Positions 8,845-18,447 of a stretch of 41,406 bases of DNA are shown in pieces. Origin of the DNA: an uncultured Acidobacteriota bacterium. GTDB lineage: Bacteria > Acidobacteriota > Vicinamibacteria > Marinacidobacterales > Marinacidobacteraceae. The stretch is taken from NCBI GenBank assembly GCA_964347715.1, contig CAYGAO010000001.1:1-41406 (forward strand). The letters run 5' to 3'. A program made the translations under genes and the position numbers. The notes beneath the pieces are model-generated. The model worked only from the letters and a program-made list of their open reading frames with translations, made no database searches and was not told the origin of the DNA. Each line of letters opens with the position of its first letter. Position 1 is the first letter of the stretch.

Positions 8845-9278
8845 GTGTGAGCCAGACATCGGAGGCGCCGGAACCGGAGCCGTCCGCGGAGGACCGGGCC
8901 GCCGGGCCGGGACCCGTTCCGCCGCGACCCGGCGGCGAGGTGATCCGGGAACTCGAGCGAGCGGAACTCCAGTCCGGCCGTCCGGACCTCCGCCCCGGCG
9001 ATGCGATCCGGGTCCACGCCACGATCCGCGAAGGAGACCGCGAGCGGATCCAGGTGTTCGAGGGCATCCTGATCGCGATGAAGCACGGCGGGAACCGCCG
9101 CACCCTCACCGTGCGGAAGACCTCCTTCGGGGTGGCCGTCGAGCGCATCTTCCCGTTGCACTCGCCGCTCGTGGCCCGGATCGAGATCGTCCGCTCCCAC
9201 CACACCCGGCGCGCCAAGCTCTACTTCCTCCGGAAGCGGAAGGGGAAGGCGGCGCGGCTCCGCGAAAAGCGCCGCTGA
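8841..9278 (+). CDS. rplS: 50S ribosomal protein L19 with ~35-aa acidic/proline N-terminal extension
   Basis: ATG 8841 overlaps the trmD stop (ATGA), with AGGAGGA just upstream. Core sequence is RPGDAIRVHATIREGDRERIQVFEGILIAMKHGGNRRTLTVRK...GVERIFPLHSP. Confidence 0.93.
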   Translation: MSVSQTSEAPEPEPSAEDRAAGPGPVPPRPGGEVIRELERAELQSGRPDLRPGDAIRVHATIREGDRERIQVFEGILIAMKHGGNRRTLTVRKTSFGVAVERIFPLHSPLVARIEIVRSHHTRRAKLYFLRKRKGKAARLREKRR

Positions 9279-9410
9279 CCCGCCGGCGGGCTCCCACTGC
9301 TGTCCGGGCCTCGAAGCGTTCCCGGCTCGCCGGAACGCCCCGTCTGCTGTGCGATCGTCCCGGTTCGCGGGCTCACGCCGGCCCGGCTGCGGGCGCTCGC
9401 GGCCGTCGGC

Positions 9411-9977
9411 GTGGACTTCTTCCAGGTGCGGGACCGCGAGGCCACGGATGCCGAGCACGAGAGGTTCCTGACCGACCTCGGCGACGAAGCCCCGGAGATC
9501 CTTCCTCGCGTCCTCGTGAACGATCGGCTGGCGCTCGCCGCCACCTTCCCGGTGGCGGGGGTCCACCTGCCCGAGGCGGGCCTCCCGGTCCGGGCGGTGC
9601 GCTCCCGGTACCCGCGCGGGCGGCTCCTCGTGGGGCGATCCGTCCACGGGGCGGCCGCGGCGGCGGCGGCGGCCCGGGAAGGGGCGGACTACCTGATCCT
9701 GGGGCCGATCCACGAGACCGGGGGCAAGCGCCCGCTGCCGCCGGGAGCGCCGGGCGAGATCGCGCGGGCGGTCCCCGTTCCGGTGTGGGCGGTCGGCGGC
9801 CTGACCCCCGAGAACCTCGACCGGCTCCGGGGCGCCGGAGTGTCCGGAATGGCGGCGATCCGCGCCTTTCGGGACCCGCCCGCGGCAGCCGCCTTCGTCG
9901 CCAGCGCGCGGCGGCGGTTCCCCGGACTCCGGCCCTCGCGAGCGACGGTTCCGGTGCGACCGGCCGCTCCAGAATGA
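9411..9977 (+). CDS. Thiamine-phosphate synthase family protein (ThiE/TenI-like); true start probably upstream of the first canonical start
   Basis: GVDFFQVRDRE, GVHLPE, VGRSVH, GADYLILGPI, VPVWAVGGL. The conserved N-terminal part (LCAIVPVRGLTPARLRALAAVG) lies in frame at 9279..9410, where only CTG codons are available as starts. Confidence 0.6.
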   Translation: MDFFQVRDREATDAEHERFLTDLGDEAPEILPRVLVNDRLALAATFPVAGVHLPEAGLPVRAVRSRYPRGRLLVGRSVHGAAAAAAAAREGADYLILGPIHETGGKRPLPPGAPGEIARAVPVPVWAVGGLTPENLDRLRGAGVSGMAAIRAFRDPPAAAAFVASARRRFPGLRPSRATVPVRPAAPE

Positions 9978-9996
9978 TCCGGAGAACCTGGTTCCC

Positions 9997-11559
9997 ATGA
10001 TCGCTGGCGGGCGGCGGGCGGCGGCGCTCTTCGTCATCCTCGGCGCGCCGCCGCTCTTCGCGCAGCCGGAGAGCGAGCTCGATCGCGCCGCCGAACGGCG
10101 GTTTCGCAGCGCCGAGCAGTTCTACGCGGTCGGACGCCACACCCAGGCGCTCCGCGACTTCGAGGCGATCGTCGAGGCGATGCCCGGCAGCCGGCTCGCC
10201 GACGACGCGGCGCTCCGGATCGCCCGCCACCGGTTCGCGGTCGAGGGCGACCCGGCGGCGGCGGAGGCGGCGCTCGACCGGCTCTTCCGCGAGTACCCGG
10301 CCGGCGACGCCGTCCCGGGCGCGCATCTGCTGCTCGGGCAGATCGCGCTCGCGAGCGTGCCGCCCCGGCCCCTCGATGCGCTCGCCGAGTTCGAGCGGGC
10401 GCTCTCCGCCGCGGGATCCCCCAGGTCCCGCTGGTCGTTCGCGGCGCTGACCGGGATCGCCGAGGTGTCCTGGGACTTCGCCGACGACGCGCAGGCGGCC
10501 GGGGCGCTGCTCGCCGCGCTCCACGAGACCAGCCCGGACCCGGGCTCCGAGCCGGACCGCCTCGCGGCGCGGTTCTTCCTCGCCCGCGCTCTGGCCCGCA
10601 GCCGCGCCCTCGAGGCGGCGCTCGCGGAGATCGCGAGCCTGCGCGCCGATCTGCTCCGCCTCGAGCGGCGCCCGACGCCGGACCCCGAGGCCAACGGCTT
10701 CTCTCCCGCGGCGCTCGCCGACCGCGCGAGCGACCTCGCGGCGCTGATCGAGCGCTACCGGGCCCCCGGTGGTCCCGACTGGAGGGTCGCCGGAGCGGTC
10801 TCGCCGCCGCGGCGTCTCGACGATCCGCGTCGCGTCCGCTTCGCGGGCGGGCTGATCCATGTGCTCGACCAGGACACCGACGAGCTCCAGAGCTTCACCA
10901 CGGCGGGGGACTTCCAGGGGGCGCTCGGGATCGACGACCCCCGGGACCTCGTGTTCGCGGACCGGTCGGGCGCCTCCGCGGCCCTCGCCCCGCTCGCGGT
11001 GGTGGCGGCGGGGGACACGCTCGTCGTGGACGGGAACCCGATGCGCCTCGCGGTTCCCGAGGGCGGGAGCTCCGAGCCGCTGCGGCGGATCCGGGCGGCG
11101 GCGGTCACCCCCTTCGGCTTCTGGGTGTGGGACGACCGGGAGAAGGCCGTCTTCTCCTTCGCCAGGTCGGGCCTCTTCCTCGGACGGGTGCCGCATCCCG
11201 AACTCGACCGGGTCCGGCGGATCGCCCGCCACCCGGCCGGGCGCCTGATCGTCGCCACGGAGAAGCAGGGGGTGCTCGGGTTCGACGCGACCGGCCGCCG
11301 GATCTTCCACCTGTCCCGGCAGGGCGGGGTCGAGGAGCCGGTGGATCTCGCGTTCGACGGGCTCGGAAACCTGATCGTCCTCGGCCGCGACGAGCCGGTG
11401 ATCGCGGTCTTCGACCGCGACTTCGCCCATCTCGCGACCCTCGCCGGCGCTGGCTGGCCGGGCGGTTCCCGCCGCGAACCGGTCTCGCTCGATGTCGGCC
11501 CCGACGGGAGCCTGTTCGTGCTCGACGAAGGCGCCCGCGCGGTGCTGGTGCTGCGATGA
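9997..11559 (+). CDS. Secreted TPR (YbgF-like) plus NHL/beta-propeller repeat protein
   Basis: Signal-like N-terminus AALFVILGAPPLFAQP. TPR-like helices. C-terminal repeats of NHL type: GNLIVLGRDEPVIAVFD and DGSLFVLDEGARAVLVL. Confidence 0.7.
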   Translation: MIAGGRRAAALFVILGAPPLFAQPESELDRAAERRFRSAEQFYAVGRHTQALRDFEAIVEAMPGSRLADDAALRIARHRFAVEGDPAAAEAALDRLFREYPAGDAVPGAHLLLGQIALASVPPRPLDALAEFERALSAAGSPRSRWSFAALTGIAEVSWDFADDAQAAGALLAALHETSPDPGSEPDRLAARFFLARALARSRALEAALAEIASLRADLLRLERRPTPDPEANGFSPAALADRASDLAALIERYRAPGGPDWRVAGAVSPPRRLDDPRRVRFAGGLIHVLDQDTDELQSFTTAGDFQGALGIDDPRDLVFADRSGASAALAPLAVVAAGDTLVVDGNPMRLAVPEGGSSEPLRRIRAAAVTPFGFWVWDDREKAVFSFARSGLFLGRVPHPELDRVRRIARHPAGRLIVATEKQGVLGFDATGRRIFHLSRQGGVEEPVDLAFDGLGNLIVLGRDEPVIAVFDRDFAHLATLAGAGWPGGSRREPVSLDVGPDGSLFVLDEGARAVLVLR

Positions 11560-13700
11560 GCCCGAAGGGCGCGTCCGCCGGCGTCCTTCGGCGCGGGCGT
11601 TGTGTCGCGGGCCTCCCGTCCCCGCTTCGGTCGTCTCGGCGTTTCCTGCTCCCGGCGCTCCTGCTCCCGGGGCTCCTCCGCGCCGCTCCCGGGCCCCCGC
11701 AGGATCCCCCGTCCGGGTTCGACCCGGTCGCGACCGCCTCCGAACTCCGTTCGCTCCGTGCCCAGGCGCAGGATCCGGCTCTCGCGATCGAGGCGGTCCT
11801 CGCGCTGACCGGGATCCTCGACGCGCTCGACGCGCGCCGCGACCGGCGCGGGGCGCTTCCCGAACTCGAGGGCGAGCTCTTCCTGCGGGCGCTCGAGTAC
11901 CGGTCCCGCGCCCACCTGGCGCGCGGCGCGCGCGCCCAGGCCGCCGACGACCTGCGCATCCTGATCCTCCAGGACCCGGCGTGGCGACTCGACCTGACCG
12001 ATCTCTCTCCGGCGGTGCTGGACCTGTTCGAGGAACAGCGCGGCCAGTTGCTCGCCTACCTCAACGTCGTCACCGAGCCGCCGGGAGCCACGGTCCTGGT
12101 CGAGGGCGAACCGATCGGCGAGACTCCCGTGGTGGGGCGGCCGGTGTTCGCCGGCGTCCTCGATGTCCGGCTGGAGCGGCCCGGATACGCCCCCCTCACC
12201 GAGGCGCCCCGCGAAGTGCTCGCGGGCGAGATCGTCGAGATCGAACGCGAGCTGGAGCGGACCGGCCCGGTGCTCTCGGTGATCACCGCCCCCGCCGGGG
12301 CGACGGTCCGGGTGGGCGGCCGGGTCGTCGGGACCACCGGGGGCGAGCTCCCGGGCGACCTGCGCCCGCTCGTTCCGCCCCGTTTCGCCGGCGAGGAGTT
12401 CTCGGCGCCGCTGGCGCTCGCCGGCCTCTCCCTCGGGCCCAACGAGATCGCCCTCGAGGCGCCGTGCCGCCGCCCCGCGCGATTCACCTTCCACGCGGAC
12501 GAGGCGCGCGACCATCTGCCGCGCTTCGTCCGGCTGCGCCCCTCGACCGGCGGCCTGCGCATCGAGAGCGAGCCGAGCGGCGGTCGCGTGCTGCTCGACG
12601 GGGAGGAACGCGGGGTCACCCCGCTCGCGTTCTCGGCGATGTGCGCCGGCGACCACCGCGTCGAGATCCTCCATCCCGCCGGGCGCTGCGCGCGCTCCTT
12701 CAGCGTGTCCCGCGGCTCGCGCACCGCGGTCCGCTGCGAGGTCTTCCCGGTGCTGGCGCTGGCCCCCGACGAGACCGCCCCCGATCCGGCGCCGGAAACG
12801 GCGATCCACCGCGAAGTGCTCCGGGCGCTCGAGGCGGCGCCGGGTTTCTTCTTCGTCGAGGGGCGTGACGAGGACGCCCAGGCGCGGGTCGCGCTGGTGA
12901 TCCCGGAGGCGGGCGAGGGCCCGGCCCGGATCGAGTTCCGCGCCGCCGGATCGCTCGTTCCCGACATCGCCGGCTTCGACCGCTTCGCGCCCGGGGCCGC
13001 GACGGCGGCGGTGGAGCGGCTGCTCGCCCCGCCGGTGCGCCGCCGCCCCTGGATCGGCCTCACGGCGACGATCGGACCGGCCGCTGCCCCGGACGAGCCG
13101 CGGCGCCCGCTCGTGGTCTCGGGAATCCACCCGGAGGGCCCGGCGATGCTCGCCGGGATCGAACGCGGGGACGAGATCCTCGAACTCGAGGGCCGGAGCG
13201 CGAGCGACGAACTCGCCCTCGCCGAAATCACGGCCGCGACGGAGCCGGGTCAGGCGCTCGACATCCTCGTCCGGCGCGCGGGCGCCGCGCGGCCGCTGCG
13301 ACTCGTGGCCGCGGAGACGCCGGTTCTCCCTTCGCGCGGCGGCGGGCGCTGCAATCGGCGGCTCGTCGGGCTCGAGGCCGACTTCGCCCGCGGCCTCACC
13401 GACCCGAACCGCCACCTCGAGGCCGCGGCCTGCTGGATCCTGCTCGGGGACCCGTCGCGGGCGCTGCTCCACCACCTGAACGAGATCGTCGCGCCGTTCG
13501 CCGCGGGCATCGGGGAAGGGACGGCGCTCTACTACCGGGGGCTGGCGCTCGCCGCGGCGGGGGAGCGCGAACCGGCGGCGCGGGCCTTCGAGGCCGCCGC
13601 CGCGGTGCCCGGAGCGACCCTGGTGACCCACGACGGGCCGGTGCTCGCCCCGCTCGCCGAGCGCCGCGCGCGGATGCTCGGGCTGCGACCACGCGAATGA
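11556..13700 (+). CDS. PEGA-repeat / PDZ-domain envelope protein
   Basis: ATG 11556 overlaps the upstream stop (ATGA). PEGA-like units: NVVTEPPGATVLVEGEPIGETP, ITAPAGATVRVGGRVVG, IESEPSGGRVLLDGEERGVTP. PDZ-like segment: GIHPEGPAMLAGIERGDEILELEG. Confidence 0.7.
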   Translation: MSPKGASAGVLRRGRCVAGLPSPLRSSRRFLLPALLLPGLLRAAPGPPQDPPSGFDPVATASELRSLRAQAQDPALAIEAVLALTGILDALDARRDRRGALPELEGELFLRALEYRSRAHLARGARAQAADDLRILILQDPAWRLDLTDLSPAVLDLFEEQRGQLLAYLNVVTEPPGATVLVEGEPIGETPVVGRPVFAGVLDVRLERPGYAPLTEAPREVLAGEIVEIERELERTGPVLSVITAPAGATVRVGGRVVGTTGGELPGDLRPLVPPRFAGEEFSAPLALAGLSLGPNEIALEAPCRRPARFTFHADEARDHLPRFVRLRPSTGGLRIESEPSGGRVLLDGEERGVTPLAFSAMCAGDHRVEILHPAGRCARSFSVSRGSRTAVRCEVFPVLALAPDETAPDPAPETAIHREVLRALEAAPGFFFVEGRDEDAQARVALVIPEAGEGPARIEFRAAGSLVPDIAGFDRFAPGAATAAVERLLAPPVRRRPWIGLTATIGPAAAPDEPRRPLVVSGIHPEGPAMLAGIERGDEILELEGRSASDELALAEITAATEPGQALDILVRRAGAARPLRLVAAETPVLPSRGGGRCNRRLVGLEADFARGLTDPNRHLEAAACWILLGDPSRALLHHLNEIVAPFAAGIGEGTALYYRGLALAAAGEREPAARAFEAAAAVPGATLVTHDGPVLAPLAERRARMLGLRPRE

Positions 13701-13701
13701 G

Positions 13702-14394
13702 ATGACGACCTCCCCCCGCTCGGGCCGCCGCGCGAAGTCCCACTACGCGCTCGTCGTGGAGACGGCCTCGTCCGGGAGTACTCCGGGCGAGCGGCGCGCT
13801 CCGCCGGCGCGCTACGAGATCGCGGCGCGGGAGACGATCATCGGGCGCGCTCCGGCGTGCGCGATCCGGATCGACGACGCCTTCGTGAGCCGCGAGCACG
13901 CCCGTCTGCTGCTGCGGGACCTCGACCTCCACCTCGAGGACCTCGGCAGCACGAACGAGACCCGCCTCGACGGGGCGCTCGTCGAGACCCGCGTCCGGGT
14001 GCGCCAGGGGAGCGAGCTCCGGCTCGGCAGCGCCGTCTGCCGGATCGAGGGCTGCCCGTCGCCGCCGGGTCGGAAGGCGGCGGCGCCCGGCGAGAGCTCC
14101 GGGCCTTCGGAAGCCGGGCCACCCCCGGTGGCGGAGCGCCGGCCGATGGCGCCCGGTGCGGATACCGCCCCCCGGGAGAGCCGGGAACCCGACGAGGCCA
14201 GCCATCCGGGAGAGATGGGTCTCCCCGGCGAGGATCCCATCCCCCGGGAGAGCCGGGAACTCCCGGCGGGCGAGGCCCTGGTCCCGGGAAACGTCCGCCG
14301 GCTCGGGCCGACGCCGGTGATCACGCTCGTCGCGCTGGTGGCGGCGCTCGTGCTGCTCCTGGTCGCCGGCGCGCTCTGGATCTCTTGGCGATAA
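13702..14394 (+). CDS. FHA-domain protein with C-terminal TM anchor
   Basis: FHA core IIGRAPACAIRIDDAFVSREHARLLL...LEDLGSTNETRLDG. C-terminal helix VITLVALVAALVLLLVAGALWI. Confidence 0.85.
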   Translation: MTTSPRSGRRAKSHYALVVETASSGSTPGERRAPPARYEIAARETIIGRAPACAIRIDDAFVSREHARLLLRDLDLHLEDLGSTNETRLDGALVETRVRVRQGSELRLGSAVCRIEGCPSPPGRKAAAPGESSGPSEAGPPPVAERRPMAPGADTAPRESREPDEASHPGEMGLPGEDPIPRESRELPAGEALVPGNVRRLGPTPVITLVALVAALVLLLVAGALWISWR

Positions 14395-15302
14395 GGCCCC
14401 CGGCGGTTCTCCCCGGCGCGACCGTCGGCATCGTGGCGCCGGCGAGCCCGGTGGCGCCCGCCTTTCTCGAGGCCGGCGAGGCCGAGCTCGGGCGGATCGG
14501 CTTCCGGACGCGCCGGGGGAGGAACCTCCTCGCCCGGGGCGACTACACCGCGGGAGATCCCGACGCGCGCGCCGCGGATTTCCTCGACTTCCTCGAGGAC
14601 GACGGCGTCGCCGCGCTCCTGTGCGCGCGCGGCGGCTACGGCAGCCTCGATCTGCTCTCCCGCATCCCGCCGGAACGCCTGCGGGCGACGCCGAAGGCGA
14701 TCCTCGGCGCGAGCGACGCCACCGCGCTCCTGGCCCTCGCCTCGGCGGCCGGGGTCGTCTCCTTCCACGGGCCGATGGTCGCGCAGCAGATCGCGCGGGG
14801 TCCGGAGGCCTGGGATGCGCCCGAGTGCGTCCGCCTGCTCGCCGCCCGCGAGCCCGGCGTCTGCCTCCCCTGGCGCGGGGCGGAGATGCTCCATCCGGGG
14901 CGCGCCGAGGGAGTCGTCCGCGGCGGCTGCCTCTCGCTCGTCGCCGCGCTCGCCGGGACGCCGTTCGCGCCGCGGTTCGCGGGCGCGATCGCGCTCTTCG
15001 AGGACATCGCGGTGAAGCCCTACCAGCTCGAACGAATGCTCGCGCAGCTCGCGCTCGCCGATCTCCTCGAGGGGGTGCGAGGCATCGTCTTCGGCCAGAT
15101 GCCCGGGTGCGCCCAGCACCCCGACCAGGGCTATACCCTCGAAGGGCTCCTGACCCGGCTCACCGCGCCGCTCGGGGTCCCGGTCGCGTTCGGCTTCGCC
15201 ACCGGGCACACCGACGGCGCTGCCTGCCGGACGCTCCCGCTCGAGACCCGGGTGCGGATGGACGAAGCGGGGCTCACCCTGCTCGAGGGGGCGGTTTCGT
15301 GA
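14385..15302 (+). CDS. ldcA: LD-carboxypeptidase (muramoyltetrapeptide carboxypeptidase, peptidase S66)
   Basis: GATVGIVAPASP, ALLCARGGYGS, ILGASDATALL, GFATGH. TTG 14385 is the proposed start; GTG 14433 is the alternative. Confidence 0.82.
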   Translation: MAIRPPAVLPGATVGIVAPASPVAPAFLEAGEAELGRIGFRTRRGRNLLARGDYTAGDPDARAADFLDFLEDDGVAALLCARGGYGSLDLLSRIPPERLRATPKAILGASDATALLALASAAGVVSFHGPMVAQQIARGPEAWDAPECVRLLAAREPGVCLPWRGAEMLHPGRAEGVVRGGCLSLVAALAGTPFAPRFAGAIALFEDIAVKPYQLERMLAQLALADLLEGVRGIVFGQMPGCAQHPDQGYTLEGLLTRLTAPLGVPVAFGFATGHTDGAACRTLPLETRVRMDEAGLTLLEGAVS

Positions 15303-16765
15303 TCGTCGGCCTCGAACCGGACGCGCGCCTCCACCTGCTCGGGGTCGCGGGTACCGCGATGGGTTCGCTCGCCGTCCTGCTCGCCCGGCTCGGCTACCGG
15401 GTGACCGGATCCGACGAGGCCGCGTTCCCGCCGATGTCCGACCTGCTCGAGCGCGAGCGGATCGGGATCCGGGCGCCCTTCGCACCGGCGAACCTGCCTG
15501 CCGACTGCCGCGCGGTCGTCGTCGGGAACGCCGTCTCGCGCGGGAATCCGGAGCTCGAGGCGGCGCTCGACCGGCAGCTGCCGCTCGTCTCGTTCCCCGA
15601 GACGCTCCGCGAGCTCGTGCTGCGTTCCCGGGTCCCGGTGGTCGTCGCCGGAACCCACGGCAAGACGAGCACCACGGCGCTTCTCGCCTGGATCCTCCGG
15701 GCCTCCGGCCGGGACGCCGGGTTCCTCGTCGGCGGCGTCGCCCGAGGTCTCGGCGGCAGCTCCCGCCTCGGCGCCGCCGGGGAGCCCTTCGTCCTCGAGG
15801 GGGACGAGTACGACACCGCCTACTGGGACAAGGGGCCGAAGTTCCTCCACTACCTCCCCGAAGTCGCGATCGTCGGGAATGTGGAGTTCGATCACGCCGA
15901 CATCTACGCGGACTTCGCCGCGGTCCGCCGGGCGTTCGGTTTCTTCGCCCGCCTGCCGCCCCGGCGCGGGCTCCTGCTCCTCGGGGCGGAGTCGCCGGCG
16001 GCGCTCGCCCTCCGCGAGCGCGCCCATACGACGGTGCAGACCTTCGGGCTCGCCGGGCCGTCCGACTGGACGGCGGCGGTCGAGGCGGCAGGTCCGGCGG
16101 GGACCCGAATCGCGCCCGCGTTCCGCGGCGCGCGCCGGCCTGCCCTCGAGGGGCCCTTCTGGGGGAAGGCGCAGACCCGGAATGTCCTCGCCGCCGCCGC
16201 CGCCGCCGACTGGCTCGGAGTCCCCTGGGGCCGGGTCCGGGAGGCGGTGGCCCGCTTCACCGGCGTCGCGCGGCGTCTCGAGGTCCTCGCCGGGCGCGAG
16301 AACGGCGGGGTCCTCGTCGCCCGCGACTTCGCCCACCACCCGACCGCGGTGGCGGCGGTGCTCGAGGCCGCCTCCCGGCGCTGGCCGGACTCCCGGCTCG
16401 TCGCCGTCTTCGAGCCGCGTTCGTTCACCGCGAGGAGCGCCCGGTTCCAGGAGGCCTTCGGGTCGGCGCTCGCGGCGGCGGGCCGGGTGCTGCTCGCGTC
16501 TCCCGCCGCGGAGTCCCGCGGGAGGCGTCCGGATCGGGGCGCCGAACTCGACCTCGAACGCCTCGCCGGGGACCTCGACGCCGCCGGAACTCCGGCGGCG
16601 GTCGCGGCCGACCGCCCGGAGCTCCTCGAGCGGGTCCTGGCGCTCGCTGCCGATCCGGGCCCGATGGTTCTCCTCTTCCTGTCGAACGGCCACTTCGGTG
16701 GCGTCCCGGAAGAGGTCGCCAGCCGGATCGCCGCGACGGCGCCCGCGCCGGATCCGGCCGGCTAG
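15299..16765 (+). CDS. mpl: UDP-N-acetylmuramate:L-alanyl-gamma-D-glutamyl-meso-DAP ligase (Mpl)
   Basis: HLLGVAGTAMGSLAVLLARLGYRVTGSD, VAGTHGKTSTTALLAWIL, EGDEYDTAYWDKGPKFLHY. It overlaps the ldcA stop with GTGA. Confidence 0.88.
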   Translation: MIVGLEPDARLHLLGVAGTAMGSLAVLLARLGYRVTGSDEAAFPPMSDLLERERIGIRAPFAPANLPADCRAVVVGNAVSRGNPELEAALDRQLPLVSFPETLRELVLRSRVPVVVAGTHGKTSTTALLAWILRASGRDAGFLVGGVARGLGGSSRLGAAGEPFVLEGDEYDTAYWDKGPKFLHYLPEVAIVGNVEFDHADIYADFAAVRRAFGFFARLPPRRGLLLLGAESPAALALRERAHTTVQTFGLAGPSDWTAAVEAAGPAGTRIAPAFRGARRPALEGPFWGKAQTRNVLAAAAAADWLGVPWGRVREAVARFTGVARRLEVLAGRENGGVLVARDFAHHPTAVAAVLEAASRRWPDSRLVAVFEPRSFTARSARFQEAFGSALAAAGRVLLASPAAESRGRRPDRGAELDLERLAGDLDAAGTPAAVAADRPELLERVLALAADPGPMVLLFLSNGHFGGVPEEVASRIAATAPAPDPAG

Positions 16766-18447
16766 CGCCGGATCGGGTGGGGGAGCAGCGCCTCGCGGTC
16801 GAGATCGGCGCGACGGGCGATCCGGGGGGTGATCGTCAGGATGATGTCGGACTCGAGCGAGTCTGCCGCGTTGCTCGCGAAGAGCCTGCCGAGCACCGGC
16901 GCCTCGGCGATGCCCGGGAGCCCGTTCAGGCTCCGGCGCTCCTCCTTGCGGATGAGTCCGGCGATCATGCTCGTCTCGCCGTTCTCGAGGCGGAGCGTCG
17001 TCTCCACCTGGCGGTTCCCGAAGGTGGGAAGCCCCGAGTAGCCCGCGCCGGACACGTTGTCGAGCCGGACCTGCAACTCGAGGGTCACGCTGTCGTCGTG
17101 GTGGATCCGGGGCAGGACCTCGATGCTCACCCCGACGTTCTCGTACTCGAAGGTCGTCGTCGGCTGCTGCGCGAGCCCGCCGGTGGCGATCGGGGCGAAG
17201 GTGGTCACCGGAACCGGCACCCGCTCTCCGAAGTCCGCGGTGGCGGGCTTGCCGTCCGAGGCGCGGAGCTGCGGATTCGCCAGCACATGGGTGTCCTGGT
17301 CGGAACGGACCAGGTCCAGGATCGCGCCCGGCAACCCGGCGACGCGCAGGTTCGAGCGGGTGTAGGGATTCGTGAGCACGGTGTCGATCCGCGGAGCGAG
17401 CGCCACCGCGATCCCCTCGGATTCGGGAGAGACGAGCGGGATGCCGTACTTCTCGAGGCGCGTCCGGTTCACCTCCATGAGCTCCACATCCACGAGCACC
17501 TCGCCCGGACTCCGGTCGAGCGATTCGATGATCCGCGCCGCCGAGCGGATCTGCTCCCAGGTGTCCACGAGCGTGATCGAGTTCGTTCCCGTGTGCTGGG
17601 CGATCTCCCGCGCCCCGAGGACCAGCCGCAGGGCGTCCGTGGTCTCGGTGAGATCCGCCGAAGAGAGATAGAAGGTCTGCGCCACCAGCTGCGCGTACTG
17701 CTGGCGCTTCGTCTCGGTGTCCGGCACGATCGTGATCAGGTGCGGCGATTCGACCCGGAAGAAGTGGCCGGTCGTCGCCGTCAGGCCCCGGATCGCGTCC
17801 TCGAAGGTGGAGTCCTCGGCCTCGATCGACACCGGTTCGTCCACGAAGTCCTCGTCGAAGGCGATGTTCACGCCGCCGAGCTCCCCGAGCGTCAGCAGCA
17901 CCTCGCGCAGGCTCGCGTCCCGGAACACGAAGCTCGCGGGGGCGCGAGCCTCGGCGAGCACCTCGAGGCCGAGCGGCCGCCCGAGCGCCTCTTCCTTGAG
18001 TCCGGCGATCGTCGTGGCGCGGGCGTCTTCCTCGTGGGCGGCGGCCGCCGCCCGGATGGCGGCCAGCCGCTCCTGGTACGAGGTCTCCTCGGGAGCGAAG
18101 ATGATCGCAGTGCGGAGCGAATCTTCGGCGGCGCGGTAGTCGCGCGCCCGGGCGTGGCGCTCCGCCTGCTGCGCGTGTTCCTCGGCCGCCCGGAGCTTCG
18201 CCCGGGTCAACGAGAGCGCCGCGGCGGTGTCCCCGGGGTCTTCGGAAACGGCCTGCGCGTAGTGCGCCACCGCATCGTCGTAACGCCCCATCCGCTCCGC
18301 CGCCTCCCCGGCGGCGAGGCGCCGGTTCGCCGCGCAGCCGACGAGGCTCCCGACGGCGAGCGCGAGCAGCCCGAGCCGGGCGGTCGCTCGGGCGGCTCCC
18401 GAGCCGGCGCCCCGACCGCCCGGGCGGTTCCGTTCAGGTCCGGACAT
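16762..18447 (-). CDS. Secretin (GspD/PilQ superfamily) with lipoprotein signal and N-terminal TPR-like region
   Basis: ATG 18447. Lipobox LVGC. Secretin core: VLVDVELMEVNRTRLEKYG, HVLANPQLRASDGKPA, YENVGVSIEVLPRI, GLPGIAEAPVLGRLF. Confidence 0.88.
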   Translation of the reverse strand: MSGPERNRPGGRGAGSGAARATARLGLLALAVGSLVGCAANRRLAAGEAAERMGRYDDAVAHYAQAVSEDPGDTAAALSLTRAKLRAAEEHAQQAERHARARDYRAAEDSLRTAIIFAPEETSYQERLAAIRAAAAAHEEDARATTIAGLKEEALGRPLGLEVLAEARAPASFVFRDASLREVLLTLGELGGVNIAFDEDFVDEPVSIEAEDSTFEDAIRGLTATTGHFFRVESPHLITIVPDTETKRQQYAQLVAQTFYLSSADLTETTDALRLVLGAREIAQHTGTNSITLVDTWEQIRSAARIIESLDRSPGEVLVDVELMEVNRTRLEKYGIPLVSPESEGIAVALAPRIDTVLTNPYTRSNLRVAGLPGAILDLVRSDQDTHVLANPQLRASDGKPATADFGERVPVPVTTFAPIATGGLAQQPTTTFEYENVGVSIEVLPRIHHDDSVTLELQVRLDNVSGAGYSGLPTFGNRQVETTLRLENGETSMIAGLIRKEERRSLNGLPGIAEAPVLGRLFASNAADSLESDIILTITPRIARRADLDREALLPHPIRR

